64,000 nt of DNA from Eledone cirrhosa (taxonomy: Eukaryota): NCBI GenBank assembly GCA_964016885.1, contig OZ024747.1, positions 49,724,001 to 49,788,000 on the forward strand, written 5' to 3'. The notes beneath the pieces are model-generated. The model ran no database searches. It worked only from the letters and a program-made list of their open reading frames with translations, and was not told the DNA's origin. Positions 51,775 to 64,000 of the stretch are shown one piece after another (the stretch's first letter is position 1; each line of letters starts with the position of its first letter). The translations under genes and the position numbers were made by a program.

Positions 51775-52113
51775 TCATCATCATCATCATCATCATCATT
51801 TTACGTCCGCTTTTCCCTGCTTGCAAGGGTGGGACGGGAACTGATTCTGGCTTGATTTCTACAGCTGGATGCCCTTCCTAACACCAACCTCATTTACAGT
51901 GAGTGCTGGGTGCTTTTTTGCCGTGGCACCTCCACGACCACTTTTGCAGTGGAATGATAGGGACCCCAGTCCCTATCATCTCATTTCTACAGCTGAGTAA
52001 ACTGGAGCAATGTGAAATAAAGTGTCTTGCTCAAGGAAACAACACATCACCCGGTATGAGAATTGAACTCACAACGTCTCAATTGCAAGGTCAATGCTCT
52101 AACCACTAAGCCA
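51775..52113 (-). mobile_element. tRNA-head SINE with RTE-derived 3' half
   Basis: Homologous to 18088-18475 and 32293-32640. Confidence 0.88.
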
Positions 52114-52441
52114 TATATATATATACAATTACACATATATATATATATATACACACCCGTGTATATATATATATATAAACGGAAAAAATGAAATGAAATT
52201 TCATTTCCCACTCTTAGTGCGGCTGTTACTTAAATATAAGTAAGTACACGTACATACATATATGTATACAGACATACAGTAGTATGTATATATATATACA
52301 TACATGCACACATATATATATGTACATATGGATTCACCAAATATTTATTATAATGTTCGGTGTGTTTGTAAACAAACATCCCGTATTTAGCCGTAGTGTC
52401 TAGCAACCATCGTTGCTCGTTTGTTCAACACTGACAAAGGA

Positions 52442-52484
52442 ACGTTGTACTAGTTTCAAGCTTATTAGCTATCGTCGGCAACAT
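52442..52484 (-). ncRNA. Minimal type I hammerhead ribozyme, U4C core variant
   Basis: Minus strand: atgttg-CCGACGA-t agct aata agct t-GAAA-ctag-TA-caacgt. Stem I 6 bp, stem II 4 bp, palindromic actagt stem III. Confidence 0.72.
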
Positions 52485-52999
52485 ATACCTTCCTGCCAGA
52501 TTGTTGAACGTATATACTTACCTTATGCATATTAATGGCTGAGTAGCCCAATTTGCATATCGAGTGGGTTAATTGGCCGGGTGCACCGAAAACGATAAAC
52601 GGAAAAAATGAAACGAAATTTCATTTCCCACTCTTACTTTGCCTTTCATCCTTACAGGGTCGATAAAATAAAGTACCAGTAATGCACTGGGTAATTGCTG
52701 GCCTTGTGCCTAAAGTAGAAACAGTTATTTTACATTGAGCTATTTTCATACTTGTAACTGGATATATTTATATATAGTTGCGATAATATTAATATATATA
52801 AATTACTAAACCCTTTAAAAGGCTTGCTGAACACAGAAGCCAAAACAGGTTGGTGCCACGGTCGGGATTTTACCTATTTCTATACCCACTCCCAAGATTA
52901 GTGGTCTCCCCAGTCTTAGCACCACAGATACATTCTCTCTGTCTCTCTCTATCTCTCTCTCTCTATATATATATATACACTCTCTCTGTATATATATAC

Positions 53000-53222
53000 A
53001 CGTCCGGTGAAGAAATGCAAGGAAAATCCCAGTGGAAGGAAACTACAAGAGAGAACAAACAAGAAAGACCTGGGCAGAGGTTGTGAAAGTGGACCTCAAA
53101 TTGCTATACTGGAAGAGGGCTTGACAAAGGCACACGACAAATGGAGAGATGCTGTGCTGAGAAGGACCCATCCAAACCCATGCAAGCATGGAAAAGAGGA
53201 CATAAAAATGATGATGATGATA
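53000..53222 (+). mobile_element. Old RTE 3' fragment
   Basis: Encodes ..HDKWRDAVLRRTHP..; (GAT)n tail followed by (AT)n. Confidence 0.75.
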
Positions 53223-53739
53223 TATATATATATTTATATATATATGTATATATAATTTTTAAGGAGAACCTTAAAAAATTGTTTTTTAAAAAAACAAAAA
53301 TACAAACGAAGACACAAAACTCCAAGGTCATCGGCCATTGAAGTGGATTTTGGCAGTTTTGACCTCAACCAATGATATTGCTGGTACATCTGGATCACAG
53401 TGTCTGACACAAGCCAAACACTGTCCAATGGAGTAAGAGAGGGAAGACAAAACATTAATTTATAGTAACTAAGCTATAACAAGTACACATAGAATTTATG
53501 TGATGTCAGAAGTGTTGGGAATGGAAAAGAAAAGAAGACAAGGAAGAGAAAAGAAAGCAAGAAGAAAGTATATATTTATATATGTGTTAGTATATTTATT
53601 TATGCCCTTGTGTGTATGTCCCATAACTCAGTGGTTAGTGTGTGTATGTGTGTGTGTCTATATAAAAAAGGGAAAAAAAGGGGAAAAAAGGAAAGAGAGA
53701 AGGGAAAAAGAAAAGGGAGGGAAACCCCCTTCCAAAAAA

Positions 53740-53962
53740 AAAAACAGTCCACGCTGTAATATGGTCGTGTAGGTAACACGGTAAAAAGCTCCCAGTCCAC
53801 ACTGTAAATGTGGTTGGTGTTAGGAAGGGCATCCAGCCATAGAAAACCTGCCAGATAGTCCTATACGATCGAGACCAATCTTACCTCAAATAGGACAATT
53901 CCCATCTAACCCATGCTAGCGTGGAAGATAGACGTTAAACGATGATGATGATGATGATGATT
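53740..53962 (+). mobile_element. RTE-C 3'UTR fragment
   Basis: Homologous to 29700-29933; (GAT)n tail. Confidence 0.85.
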
Positions 53963-54754
53963 TGTATATGCGTTTGTATGTATGTCCCATAACTTAGTGG
54001 TTAGTGTGTGTATGTAATCAATAAAACTGACTAAATAAAGGTGGTACCCCAGTATGACTGCATCAGAATAAAAGAATAAAAGAATCAGTTATACATTCTT
54101 TAATGCTTCAATAACCAAATTAATACCAAATGACAGAATTCTTCCTTGTATTGGTCTTCATTTTTAGATTTTTTCGTTTAGATTCCAAAACAAATTCTCT
54201 AGAAACCAGCTGCCACATTTTGCTAAGATTAAAACCTATTTCTTTGCTTTTCTTTATTATTTCATTTCTTTCCCCCAGATTTCTTTCATTCTTTCATTCA
54301 TTTAATAGATCTTAAATGGTTCTTCTTTTTTATATTTTGTTCTTGTTATTTTAATTGTTTTTTTTTTATTTCCCCCCATTCAGTTGGTTATTCTAAGAGT
54401 GGATTGCTATAATATATATTCATCATCATCATCATTGACTTATTATCAGCATTATTAGCATTATCAGCATCTTGAACTTCATCATGATAATCATTGTCTC
54501 TATCACCATATCATCATCATCATCATCATCAGCTCTATCACCATATCATCAATATCATCATCATCATCGTCATCATCATCATCTCTAACGCCATATCACC
54601 ACCACCATCATCATCATTATTACCACCACCATATCATCATCACCATTATCATATCCTCATGCATATCTCAAATCAACATATACCAAGCTAGGTGGACATA
54701 TTAACATACAATAATAGATAAACATACGATGCTAACCTAATAGATCAACGCTTT

Positions 54755-54916
54755 ATCATCATCATCATTTAATGTCCATTTTTCCACATTAACGTGAGTT
54801 AGAGAAGTCAGGTCAGATGACCGTGTCTTGCTCACACAGAACTGTGTCTGGCTTGGTTTCTTTGGCCGGATGCACTTCATAATGCTAACCACATTTATAG
54901 GGGGGCAACGAGCTTT
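54755..54916 (-). mobile_element. RTE 3' terminus anchoring the satellite
   Basis: tcatcatcatcatttaatgtccat..gaccgtgtcttgctcacacagaactg..ggcttggtttct is homologous to 7082-7250. Confidence 0.82.
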
Positions 54917-57900
54917 ATGTCATGTCACCAAAGCGATCACTTTACAGTGTGGACTGGGTGCTTTCTGTCATGTCACCAAAGTGATCACTTTACAGTGTGG
55001 ACTGGGTGCTTTCTGTCATGTCACCAAAGCGATCACTTTACAGTGTAGATTGGGTGCTTTCTGTCATGTCACCAAAGCGATCACTTTACAGTGTGGACTG
55101 GGTGCTTTCTGTCATGTCACCAAAGTGATCACTTTACAGTGTGGACTGGGTACTTTCTGTCATGTCACCAAAGCGATCACTTTACAGTGTAGATTGGGTG
55201 CTTTCTGTCATGTCACCAAAGCGATCACTTTACAGTGTGGACTGGGTGCTTTCTGTCATGTCACCAAAGTGATCACTTTACAGTGAGGACTGGGTGCTTT
55301 CTGTCATGTCACCAAAGTGATCACTTTACAGTGTGGACTGGGTGCTTTCTGTCATGTCACCAAAGTGATCACTTTACAGTGTGGACTGGGTGCTTTCTGT
55401 CATGTCACCAAAGTGATCACTTTACAGTGTGGACTGGGTGCTTTCTGTCATGTCACTAAAGTGATCAATTTACAGTGTGGATTGGGTGCTTTCTGTCATG
55501 TCACCAAAGTGATCACTTTACAGTGTGGACTGGGTGCTTTCTGTCATGTCACCAAAGTGATCACTTTACAGTGTGGACTGGGTGCTTTCTGTCATGACAC
55601 CAAAGCAATCACTTTACAGTGTGGACTGGGTGCTTTCTGTCATGTCACCAAAGCAATCACTTTACAGTGTGGACTGGGTGCTTTCTGTCATGTCACCAAA
55701 GTGATCACTTTACAGTGTGGACTGGGTGCTTTCTGTCATGTCACCAAAGCAATCACTTTACAGTGTGGACTGGGTGCTTTCTGTCATGTCACCAAAGCGA
55801 TCACTTTACAGTGTGGACTGGGTGCTTTCTGACATGTCACCAAAGTGATCACTTTACAGTGTGGACTGGGTGCTTTCTGTCATGACACCAAAGTGATCAC
55901 TTTACAGTGTGGACTGGGTGCTTTCTGTCATGTCACCAAAGTGATCACTTTACAGTGTGGACTGGGTGCTTTCTGTCATGTCACCAAAGTGATCACTTTA
56001 CAGTGTGGACTGGGTGCTTTCTGTCATGTCACCAAAGTGATCACTTTACAGTATGGACTGGGTGCTTTCTGTCATGTCACCAAAGCGATCACTTTACAGT
56101 GTGGACTGGGTGCTTTCTGTCAAGACACCAAAGTGATCACTTTACAGTGTGGACTGGGTGCTTTCTGTCATGTCACCAAAGTGATCACTTTACAGTGTGG
56201 CCTGGGTTTTCTGTCATGTCACCAAAGTGATCACTTTACAGTGTGGACTGGGTGCTTTCTGTCATGTCACCAAAGTGATCACTTTACAGTGTGGACTGGG
56301 TGCTTTCTGTCATGTCACCAAAGCGATCACTTTACAGTGTGGACTGGGTGCTTTCTGTCATGACACCAAAGCAATCAGTTTACAGTGTGGACTGGGTGCT
56401 TTCTGTCATGACACCAAAGTGATCACTTTACAGTGTGGACTGGGTGCTTTCTGTCATGTCGCCAAAGCGATCACTTTACAGTGTGGACTGGGTGCTTTCT
56501 GTCATGTCACCAAAGAAATCACTTTACAGTGTGGACTGGGTGCTTTCTGTCATGTCACCAAAGCAATCACTTTACAGTGTGGACTGGGTGCTTTCTGTCA
56601 TGACACCAAAGCAATCACATTACAGTGTGGACTGGGTGCTTTCTGTCATGTCACCAAAGTGATCACTTTACAGTGTCGACTGGGTGCTTTCTGTCATGTC
56701 ACCAAAGTGATCACTTTACAGTGTGGATTGGGTGCTTTCTGTCATGTCACCAAAGTGATCACTTTACAGTGTGGATTGGGTGCTTTCTGTCATGTCACCA
56801 ATGTGATCACTTTACAGTGTGGACTGGGTGCTTTCTGTCATGTCACCAAAGCAATCACTTTACAGTGTGGACTGGGTGCTTTCTGTCATGTCACCAAAGT
56901 GATCACTTTACAGTGTGGACTGGGTGCTTTCTGTCATGTCACCAAAGTGATCACTTTACAGTGTGGACTGGGTGCTTTCTGTCATGTCACCAAAGCAATC
57001 ACTTTACAGTGTGGACTGGGTGCTTTCTGTCATGTCACCAAAGTGATCACTTTACAGTGTGGACTGAGTGCTTTCTGTCATGTCACCAAAGTGATCACTT
57101 TACAGTGTGGACTGGGTGCTTTCTGTCATGTCACCAAAGTGATCACTTTACAGTGTGGACTGGGTGCTTTCTGTCATGTCACCAAAGTGATCACTTTACA
57201 GTGTGGACTGGGTGCTTTCTGTCATGACACCAAAGCAATCACTTTACAGTGTGGACTGGGTGCTTTCTGTCATGTCACCAAAGTGATCACTTTACAGTGT
57301 GGACTGGGTGCTTTCTGTCATGTCACCAAAGTGATCACTTTACAGTGTGGACTGGGTGCTTTCTGTCATGTCAACAAATTGATCACTTTACAGTGTGGAC
57401 TGGGTGCTTTCTGTCATGACACCAAAGTGATCACTTTACAGTGTGAACTGGGTGCTTTCTGTCATGTCACCAAAGTGATCACTTTACAGTGTGGACTGGG
57501 TGCTTTCTGTCATGTCACCAAAGTGATCACTTTACAGTGTGGACTGGGTGCATTCTGTCATGACACAAAAGCGATCACTTTACAGTGTGGACTGGGTGCT
57601 TTCTGTCATGTCACCACAGTGATCACTTTACAGTGTGGACTGGGTGCTTTCTGTCATGTCACCAAAGCAATCACTTTACACTGTGGACTGGGTGCTTTCT
57701 GTCATGACACCAAAGTGATCACTTTACAGTGTGGACTGGGTGCATTCTGTCATGACACCAAAGTGATCACTTTACAGTGTGGACTGGGTGCTTTCTGTCA
57801 TGTCACCAAAGCAATCACTTTACAGTGTGGACTGGGTGCTTTCTGTCATGTCACCAAAGCGATCACTTTACAGTGTGGACTGGGTGCTTTCTGTCATGTC

Positions 57901-60900
57901 ACCAAAGCGATCACTTTACAGTGTGGACTGGGTGCTTTCTGTCATGACACCAAAGTGATCACTTTACAGTGTGGACTGGGTGCTTTCTGTCAAGACACCA
58001 AAGTGATCACTTTACAGTGTGGACTGGGTGCTTTCTGTCATGTCACCAAAGTGATCACTTTACAGTATGGACTGGGTGCTTTCTGTCACCAAAGCGATCA
58101 CTTTACAGTGTGGACTGGGTGCTTTCTGTCATGTCACCAAAGTGATCACTTTACAGTGTGGACTGGGTGCTTTCTGTCAAGACACCAAAGTGATCACTTT
58201 ACAGTGTGGACTGGGTGCTTTCTGTCATGTCACCAAAGTGATCACTTTACAGTGTGGACTGGGTTTTCTGTCATGTCACCAAAGTGATCACTTTACAGTG
58301 TGGACTGGGTGCTTTCTGTCATGTCACCAAAGTGATCATTTTACAGTGTGGACTGGGTGCTTTCTGTCATGACACCAAAGCAATCACTTTACAGTGTGGA
58401 CTGGGTGCTTTCTGTCATGACACCAAAGTGATCACTTTACAGTGTGGACTGGGTGCATTCTGTCATGACACAAAAGCGATCACTTTACAGTGTGGACTGG
58501 GTGCTTTCTGTCAGTCCCCACAGTGATCACTTTACAGTGTGGACTGGGTGCTTTCTGTCATGTCACCAAAGCAATCACTTTACACTGTGGACTGGGTGCT
58601 TTCTGTCATGACACCAAAGTGATCACTTTACAGTGTGGACTGGGTGCATTCTGTCATGACACCAAAGTGATCACTTTACAGTGTGGACTGGGTGCTTTCT
58701 GTCATGTCACCAAAGTGATCACTTTACAGTGTGGACTGGGTGCTTTCTGTCATGTCACCAAAGTGATCACTTTACAGTGTGGACTGGGTGCTTTCTGTCA
58801 TGACACCAAAGCAATCACTTTACAGTGTGGACTGGGTGCTTTCTGTCATGTCACCAAAGTGATCACTTTACAGTGTGGACTGGGTGCTTTCTGTCATGTC
58901 ACCAAAGTGATCACTTTACAGTGTGGACTGGGTGCTTTCTGTCATGTCACCAAATTGATCACTTTACAGTGTGGACTGGGTGCTTTCTGTCATGACACCA
59001 AAGTGATCACTTTACAGTGTGGACTGGGTGCTTTCTGTCATGTCACCAAAGTGATCACTTTACAGTGTGGACTGGGTGCTTTCTGTCATGTCACCAAAGC
59101 AATCACTTTACACTGTGGACTGGGTGCTTTCTGTCATGACACCAAAGTGATCACTTTACAGTGTGGACTGGGTGCATTCTGTCATGACACCAAAGTGATC
59201 ACTTTACAGTGTGGACTGGGTGCTTTCTGTCATGTCACCAAAGCAATCACTTTACAGTGTGGACTGGGTGCTTTCTGTCATGTCACCAAAGCGATCACTT
59301 TACAGTGTGGACTGGGTGCTTTCTGTCATGTCACCAAAGCGATCACTTTACAGTGTATCCTGGGTGCTTTCTGTCATGACACCAAAGCGATCACTTTACA
59401 GTGTGGACTGGGTGCTTTCTGTCAAGACACCAAAGTGATCACTTTACAGTGTGGACTGGGTGCTTTCTGTCATGTCACCAAAGTGATCACTTTACAGTAT
59501 GGACAGGGTGCTTTCTGTCACCAAAGCGATCACTTTACAGTGTGGACTGGGTGCTTTCTGTCATGTCACCAAAGTGATCACTTTACAGTGTGGACTGGGT
59601 GCTTTCTGTCATGTCACCAAAGTGATCATTTTACAGTGTGGACTGGGTGCTTTCTGTCATGACACCAAAGCAATCACTTTACAGTGTGGACTGGGTGCTT
59701 TCTGTCATGACACCAAAGTGATCACTTTACAGTGTGGACTGGGTGCATTCTGTCATGACACAAAAGCGATCACTTTACAGTGTGGACTGGGTGCTTTCTG
59801 TCATGTCACCACAGTGATCACTTTACAGTGTGGACTGGGTGCTTTCTGTCATGTCACCAAAGCAATCACTTTACACTGTGGACTGGGTGCTTTCTGTCAT
59901 GACACCAAAGTGATCACTTTACAGTGTGGACTGGGTGCATTCTGTCATGACACCAAAGTGATCACTTTACAGTGTGGACTGGGTGCTTTCTGTCATGTCA
60001 CCAAAGCAATCACTTTACAGTGTGGACTGGGTGCTTTCTGTCATGTCACCAAAGCGATCACTTTACAGTGTGGACTGGGTGCTTTCTGTCATGTCACCAA
60101 AGCGATCACTTTACTGTGTGGACTGGGTGCTTTCTGTCATGACACCAAAGTGATCACTTTACAGTGTGGACTGGGTGCTTTCTGTCATGTCACCAAAGTG
60201 ATCACTTTACAGTGTGGACTGGGTGCTTTCTGTCATGTCACCAAAGTGATCACTTTACAGTGTGGACTGGGTGCTTTCTGTCAAGACACCAAAGTGATCA
60301 CTTTACAGTGTGGACTGGGTGCTTTCTGTCATGTCACCAAAGTGATCACTTTACAGTATGGACTGGGTGCTTTCTGTCATGTCACCAAAGCGATCACTTT
60401 ACAGTGTGGACTGGGTGCTTTCTGTCATGTCACCAAAGTGATCACTTTACAGTGTGGACTGGGTGCTTTCTGTCAAGACACCAAAGTGATCACTTTACAG
60501 TGTGGATTGGGTGCTTTCTGTCATGTCACCAAAGTGATCACTTTACAGTGTGGACTGGGTGCTTTCTGTCATGTCACCAAAGTAATCACTTTACAGTGTG
60601 GACTGGGTGCTTTCTGTTATGTCACCAAAGTGATCACTTTACAGTGTTGACGGGGTGCATTCTGTCATGTCACCAAAGTGATCACTTTACAGTGTGGACT
60701 GGGTGCTTTCTGTCATGTCACCAAAGCAATCACTATACAGTGTGGACTGGGTGCTTTCTGTCATGTCACCAAAGTGATCACTTTACAGTGTGGACTGGGT
60801 GCTTTCTGTCATGTCACCAAAGTGATCACTTTACAGTGTGGACTGGGTGCTTTCTGTCATGTCACCAAAGTGATCACTTTACAGTGTGGACTGGGTGCTT

Positions 60901-63900
60901 TCTGTCATGACACCAAAGCAATCACTTTACAGTGTGGACTGGGTGCTTTCTGTCATGTCACCAAAGTGATCACTTTACAGTGTGGACTGGGTGCTTTCTG
61001 TCATGACACCAAAGTGATCACTTTACAGTGTGGACTGGGTGCTTTCTGTCATGTCACCAAATTGATCACTTTACAGTGTGGACTGGGTGCTTTCTGTCAT
61101 GACACCAAAGTGATCACTTTACAGTGTGGACTGGGTGCTTTCTGTCATGTCACCAAAGTGATCACTTTACAGTGTGGACTGGGTGCTTTCTGTCATGTCA
61201 CCAAAGTGATCACTTTACAGTGTGGACTGGGTGCATTCTGTCATGACACAAAAGCGATCACTTTACAGTGTGGACTGGGTGCTTTCTGTCATGTCACCAA
61301 AGCAATCACTTTACACTGTGGACTGGGTGCTTTCTGTCATGACACCAAAGTGATCACTTTACAGTGTGGACTGGGTGCATTCTGTCATGACACCAAAGTG
61401 ATCACTTTACAGTGTGGACTGGGTGCTTTCTGTCATGTCACCAAAGCGATCACTTTACAGTGTGGACTGGGTGCTTTCTGTCATGACACCAAAGCAATCA
61501 GTTTACAGTGTGGACTGGGTGCTTTCTGTCATGACACCAAAGTGATCACTTTACAGTGTGGACTGGGTGCTTTCTGTCATGTCACCAAAGCGATCACTTT
61601 ACAGTGTGGACTGGGTGCTTTCTGTCATGACACCAAAGTGATCACTTTACAGTGTGGACTGGGTGCTTTCTGTCAAGACACCAAAGTGATCACTTTACAG
61701 TGTGGACTGGGTGCTTTCTGTCATGTCACCAAAGTGATCACTTTACAGTATGGACTGGGTGCTTTCTGTCACCAAAGCGATCACTTTACAGTGTGGACTG
61801 GGTGCTTTCTGTCATGTCACCAAAGTGATCACTTTACAGTGTGGACTGGGTGCTTTCTGTCAAGACACCAAAGTGATCACTTTACAGTGTGGACTGGGTG
61901 CTTTCTGTCATGTCACCAAAGTGATCACTTTACAGTGTGGACTGGGTTTTCTGTCATGTCACCAAAGTGATCACTTTACAGTGTGGACTGGGTGCTTTCT
62001 GTCATGTCACCAAAGTGATCATTTTACAGTGTGGACTGGGTGCTTTCTGTCATGACACCAAAGCAATCACTTTACAGTGTGGACTGGGTGCTTTCTGTCA
62101 TGACACCAAAGTGATCACTTTACAGTGTGGACTGGGTGCATTCTGTCATGACACAAAAGCGATCACTTTACAGTGTGGACTGGGTGCTTTCTGTCAGTCC
62201 CCACAGTGATCACTTTACAGTGTGGACTGGGTGCTTTCTGTCATGTCACCAAAGCAATCACTTTACACTGTGGACTGGGTGCTTTCTGTCATGACACCAA
62301 AGTGATCACTTTACAGTGTGGACTGGGTGCATTCTGTCATGACACCAAAGTGATCACTTTACAGTGTGGACTGGGTGCTTTCTGTCATGTCACCAAAGTG
62401 ATCACTTTACAGTGTGGACTGGGTGCTTTCTGTCATGTCACCAAAGTGATCACTTTACAGTGTGGACTGGGTGCTTTCTGTCATGACACCAAAGCAATCA
62501 CTTTACAGTGTGGACTGGGTGCTTTCTGTCATGTCACCAAAGTGATCACTTTACAGTGTGGACTGGGTGCTTTCTGTCATGTCACCAAAGTGATCACTTT
62601 ACAGTGTGGACTGGGTGCTTTCTGTCATGTCACCAAATTGATCACTTTACAGTGTGGACTGGGTGCTTTCTGTCATGACACCAAAGTGATCACTTTACAG
62701 TGTGGACTGGGTGCTTTCTGTCATGTCACCAAAGTGATCACTTTACAGTGTGGACTGGGTGCTTTCTGTCATGTCACCAAAGCAATCACTTTACACTGTG
62801 GACTGGGTGCTTTCTGTCATGACACCAAAGTGATCACTTTACAGTGTGGACTGGGTGCATTCTGTCATGACACCAAAGTGATCACTTTACAGTGTGGACT
62901 GGGTGCTTTCTGTCATGTCACCAAAGCAATCACTTTACAGTGTGGACTGGGTGCTTTCTGTCATGTCACCAAAGCGATCACTTTACAGTGTGGACTGGGT
63001 GCTTTCTGTCATGTCACCAAAGCGATCACTTTACAGTGTATCCTGGGTGCTTTCTGTCATGACACCAAAGCGATCACTTTACAGTGTGGACTGGGTGCTT
63101 TCTGTCAAGACACCAAAGTGATCACTTTACAGTGTGGACTGGGTGCTTTCTGTCATGTCACCAAAGTGATCACTTTACAGTATGGACAGGGTGCTTTCTG
63201 TCACCAAAGCGATCACTTTACAGTGTGGACTGGGTGCTTTCTGTCATGTCACCAAAGTGATCACTTTACAGTGTGGACTGGGTGCTTTCTGTCATGTCAC
63301 CAAAGTGATCATTTTACAGTGTGGACTGGGTGCTTTCTGTCATGACACCAAAGCAATCACTTTACAGTGTGGACTGGGTGCTTTCTGTCATGACACCAAA
63401 GTGATCACTTTACAGTGTGGACTGGGTGCATTCTGTCATGACACAAAAGCGATCACTTTACAGTGTGGACTGGGTGCTTTCTGTCATGTCACCACAGTGA
63501 TCACTTTACAGTGTGGACTGGGTGCTTTCTGTCATGTCACCAAAGCAATCACTTTACACTGTGGACTGGGTGCTTTCTGTCATGACACCAAAGTGATCAC
63601 TTTACAGTGTGGACTGGGTGCATTCTGTCATGACACCAAAGTGATCACTTTACAGTGTGGACTGGGTGCTTTCTGTCATGTCACCAAAGCAATCACTTTA
63701 CAGTGTGGACTGGGTGCTTTCTGTCATGTCACCAAAGCGATCACTTTACAGTGTGGACTGGGTGCTTTCTGTCATGTCACCAAAGCGATCACTTTACTGT
63801 GTGGACTGGGTGCTTTCTGTCATGACACCAAAGTGATCACTTTACAGTGTGGACTGGGTGCTTTCTGTCATGTCACCAAAGTGATCACTTTACAGTGTGG

Positions 63901-64000
63901 ACTGGGTGCTTTCTGTCATGTCACCAAAGTGATCACTTTACAGTGTGGACTGGGTGCTTTCTGTCAAGACACCAAAGTGATCACTTTACAGTGTGGACTG
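54917..64000. repeat. 48-bp tandem satellite (~190 copies, continues past the window end)
   Basis: Unit tcaccaaagtgatcactttacagtgtggactgggtgctttctgtcatg, highly homogeneous; variant patterns repeat at a 3,683-bp offset. Confidence 0.99.

Noticed and set aside
54828-63345. Long Cys-rich ORFs (up to 696 aa, repeat VTKVITLQCGLGAFCH) suggesting a repetitive protein
   Set aside because: They result from a stop-free 48-bp unit. Frames are broken by 1-, 2- and 5-bp deletions, and the unit is antisense RTE 3'UTR.

Overview
Eukaryotic, AT-rich DNA made almost entirely of repeats. The repeat inventory (RTE LINEs with (GAT)n tails, tRNA-derived SINEs, very long (TA)n tracts) resembles octopus/cephalopod genomes; this is inference. 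No intact host gene is recognisable, and every long ORF is either a decayed transposon frame or a tandem-repeat artefact. Contents: at least three subfamilies of a PHD-finger-bearing RTE LINE (labelled A, B and C here), BovB-like RTE, CR1-like and Tx1/L1-like LINE remnants, a Ty3/Gypsy gag-protease remnant, three Helitron remnants, a pogo/Tigger-type MITE, several SINE families, and a >9-kb 48-bp satellite derived from the RTE 3'UTR that runs off the window end. The most notable hidden structures are: (1) several unrelated minimal type I hammerhead ribozyme motifs in short Penelope-like, often inverted-repeat elements, mostly beside (TA)n, including a 121-bp palindrome with a hammerhead core on each strand; (2) two independent satellite births from the same 48-bp RTE 3'UTR motif, one with a 3,683-bp higher-order repeat; (3) a twin-primed (5'-inverted) RTE-group insertion with an 11-bp TSD; (4) a head-to-head RTE pair forming a ~4.5-kb inverted repeat; (5) RTE tails that consistently abut (TA)n. 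Element boundaries were read by eye and are approximate unless stated otherwise.
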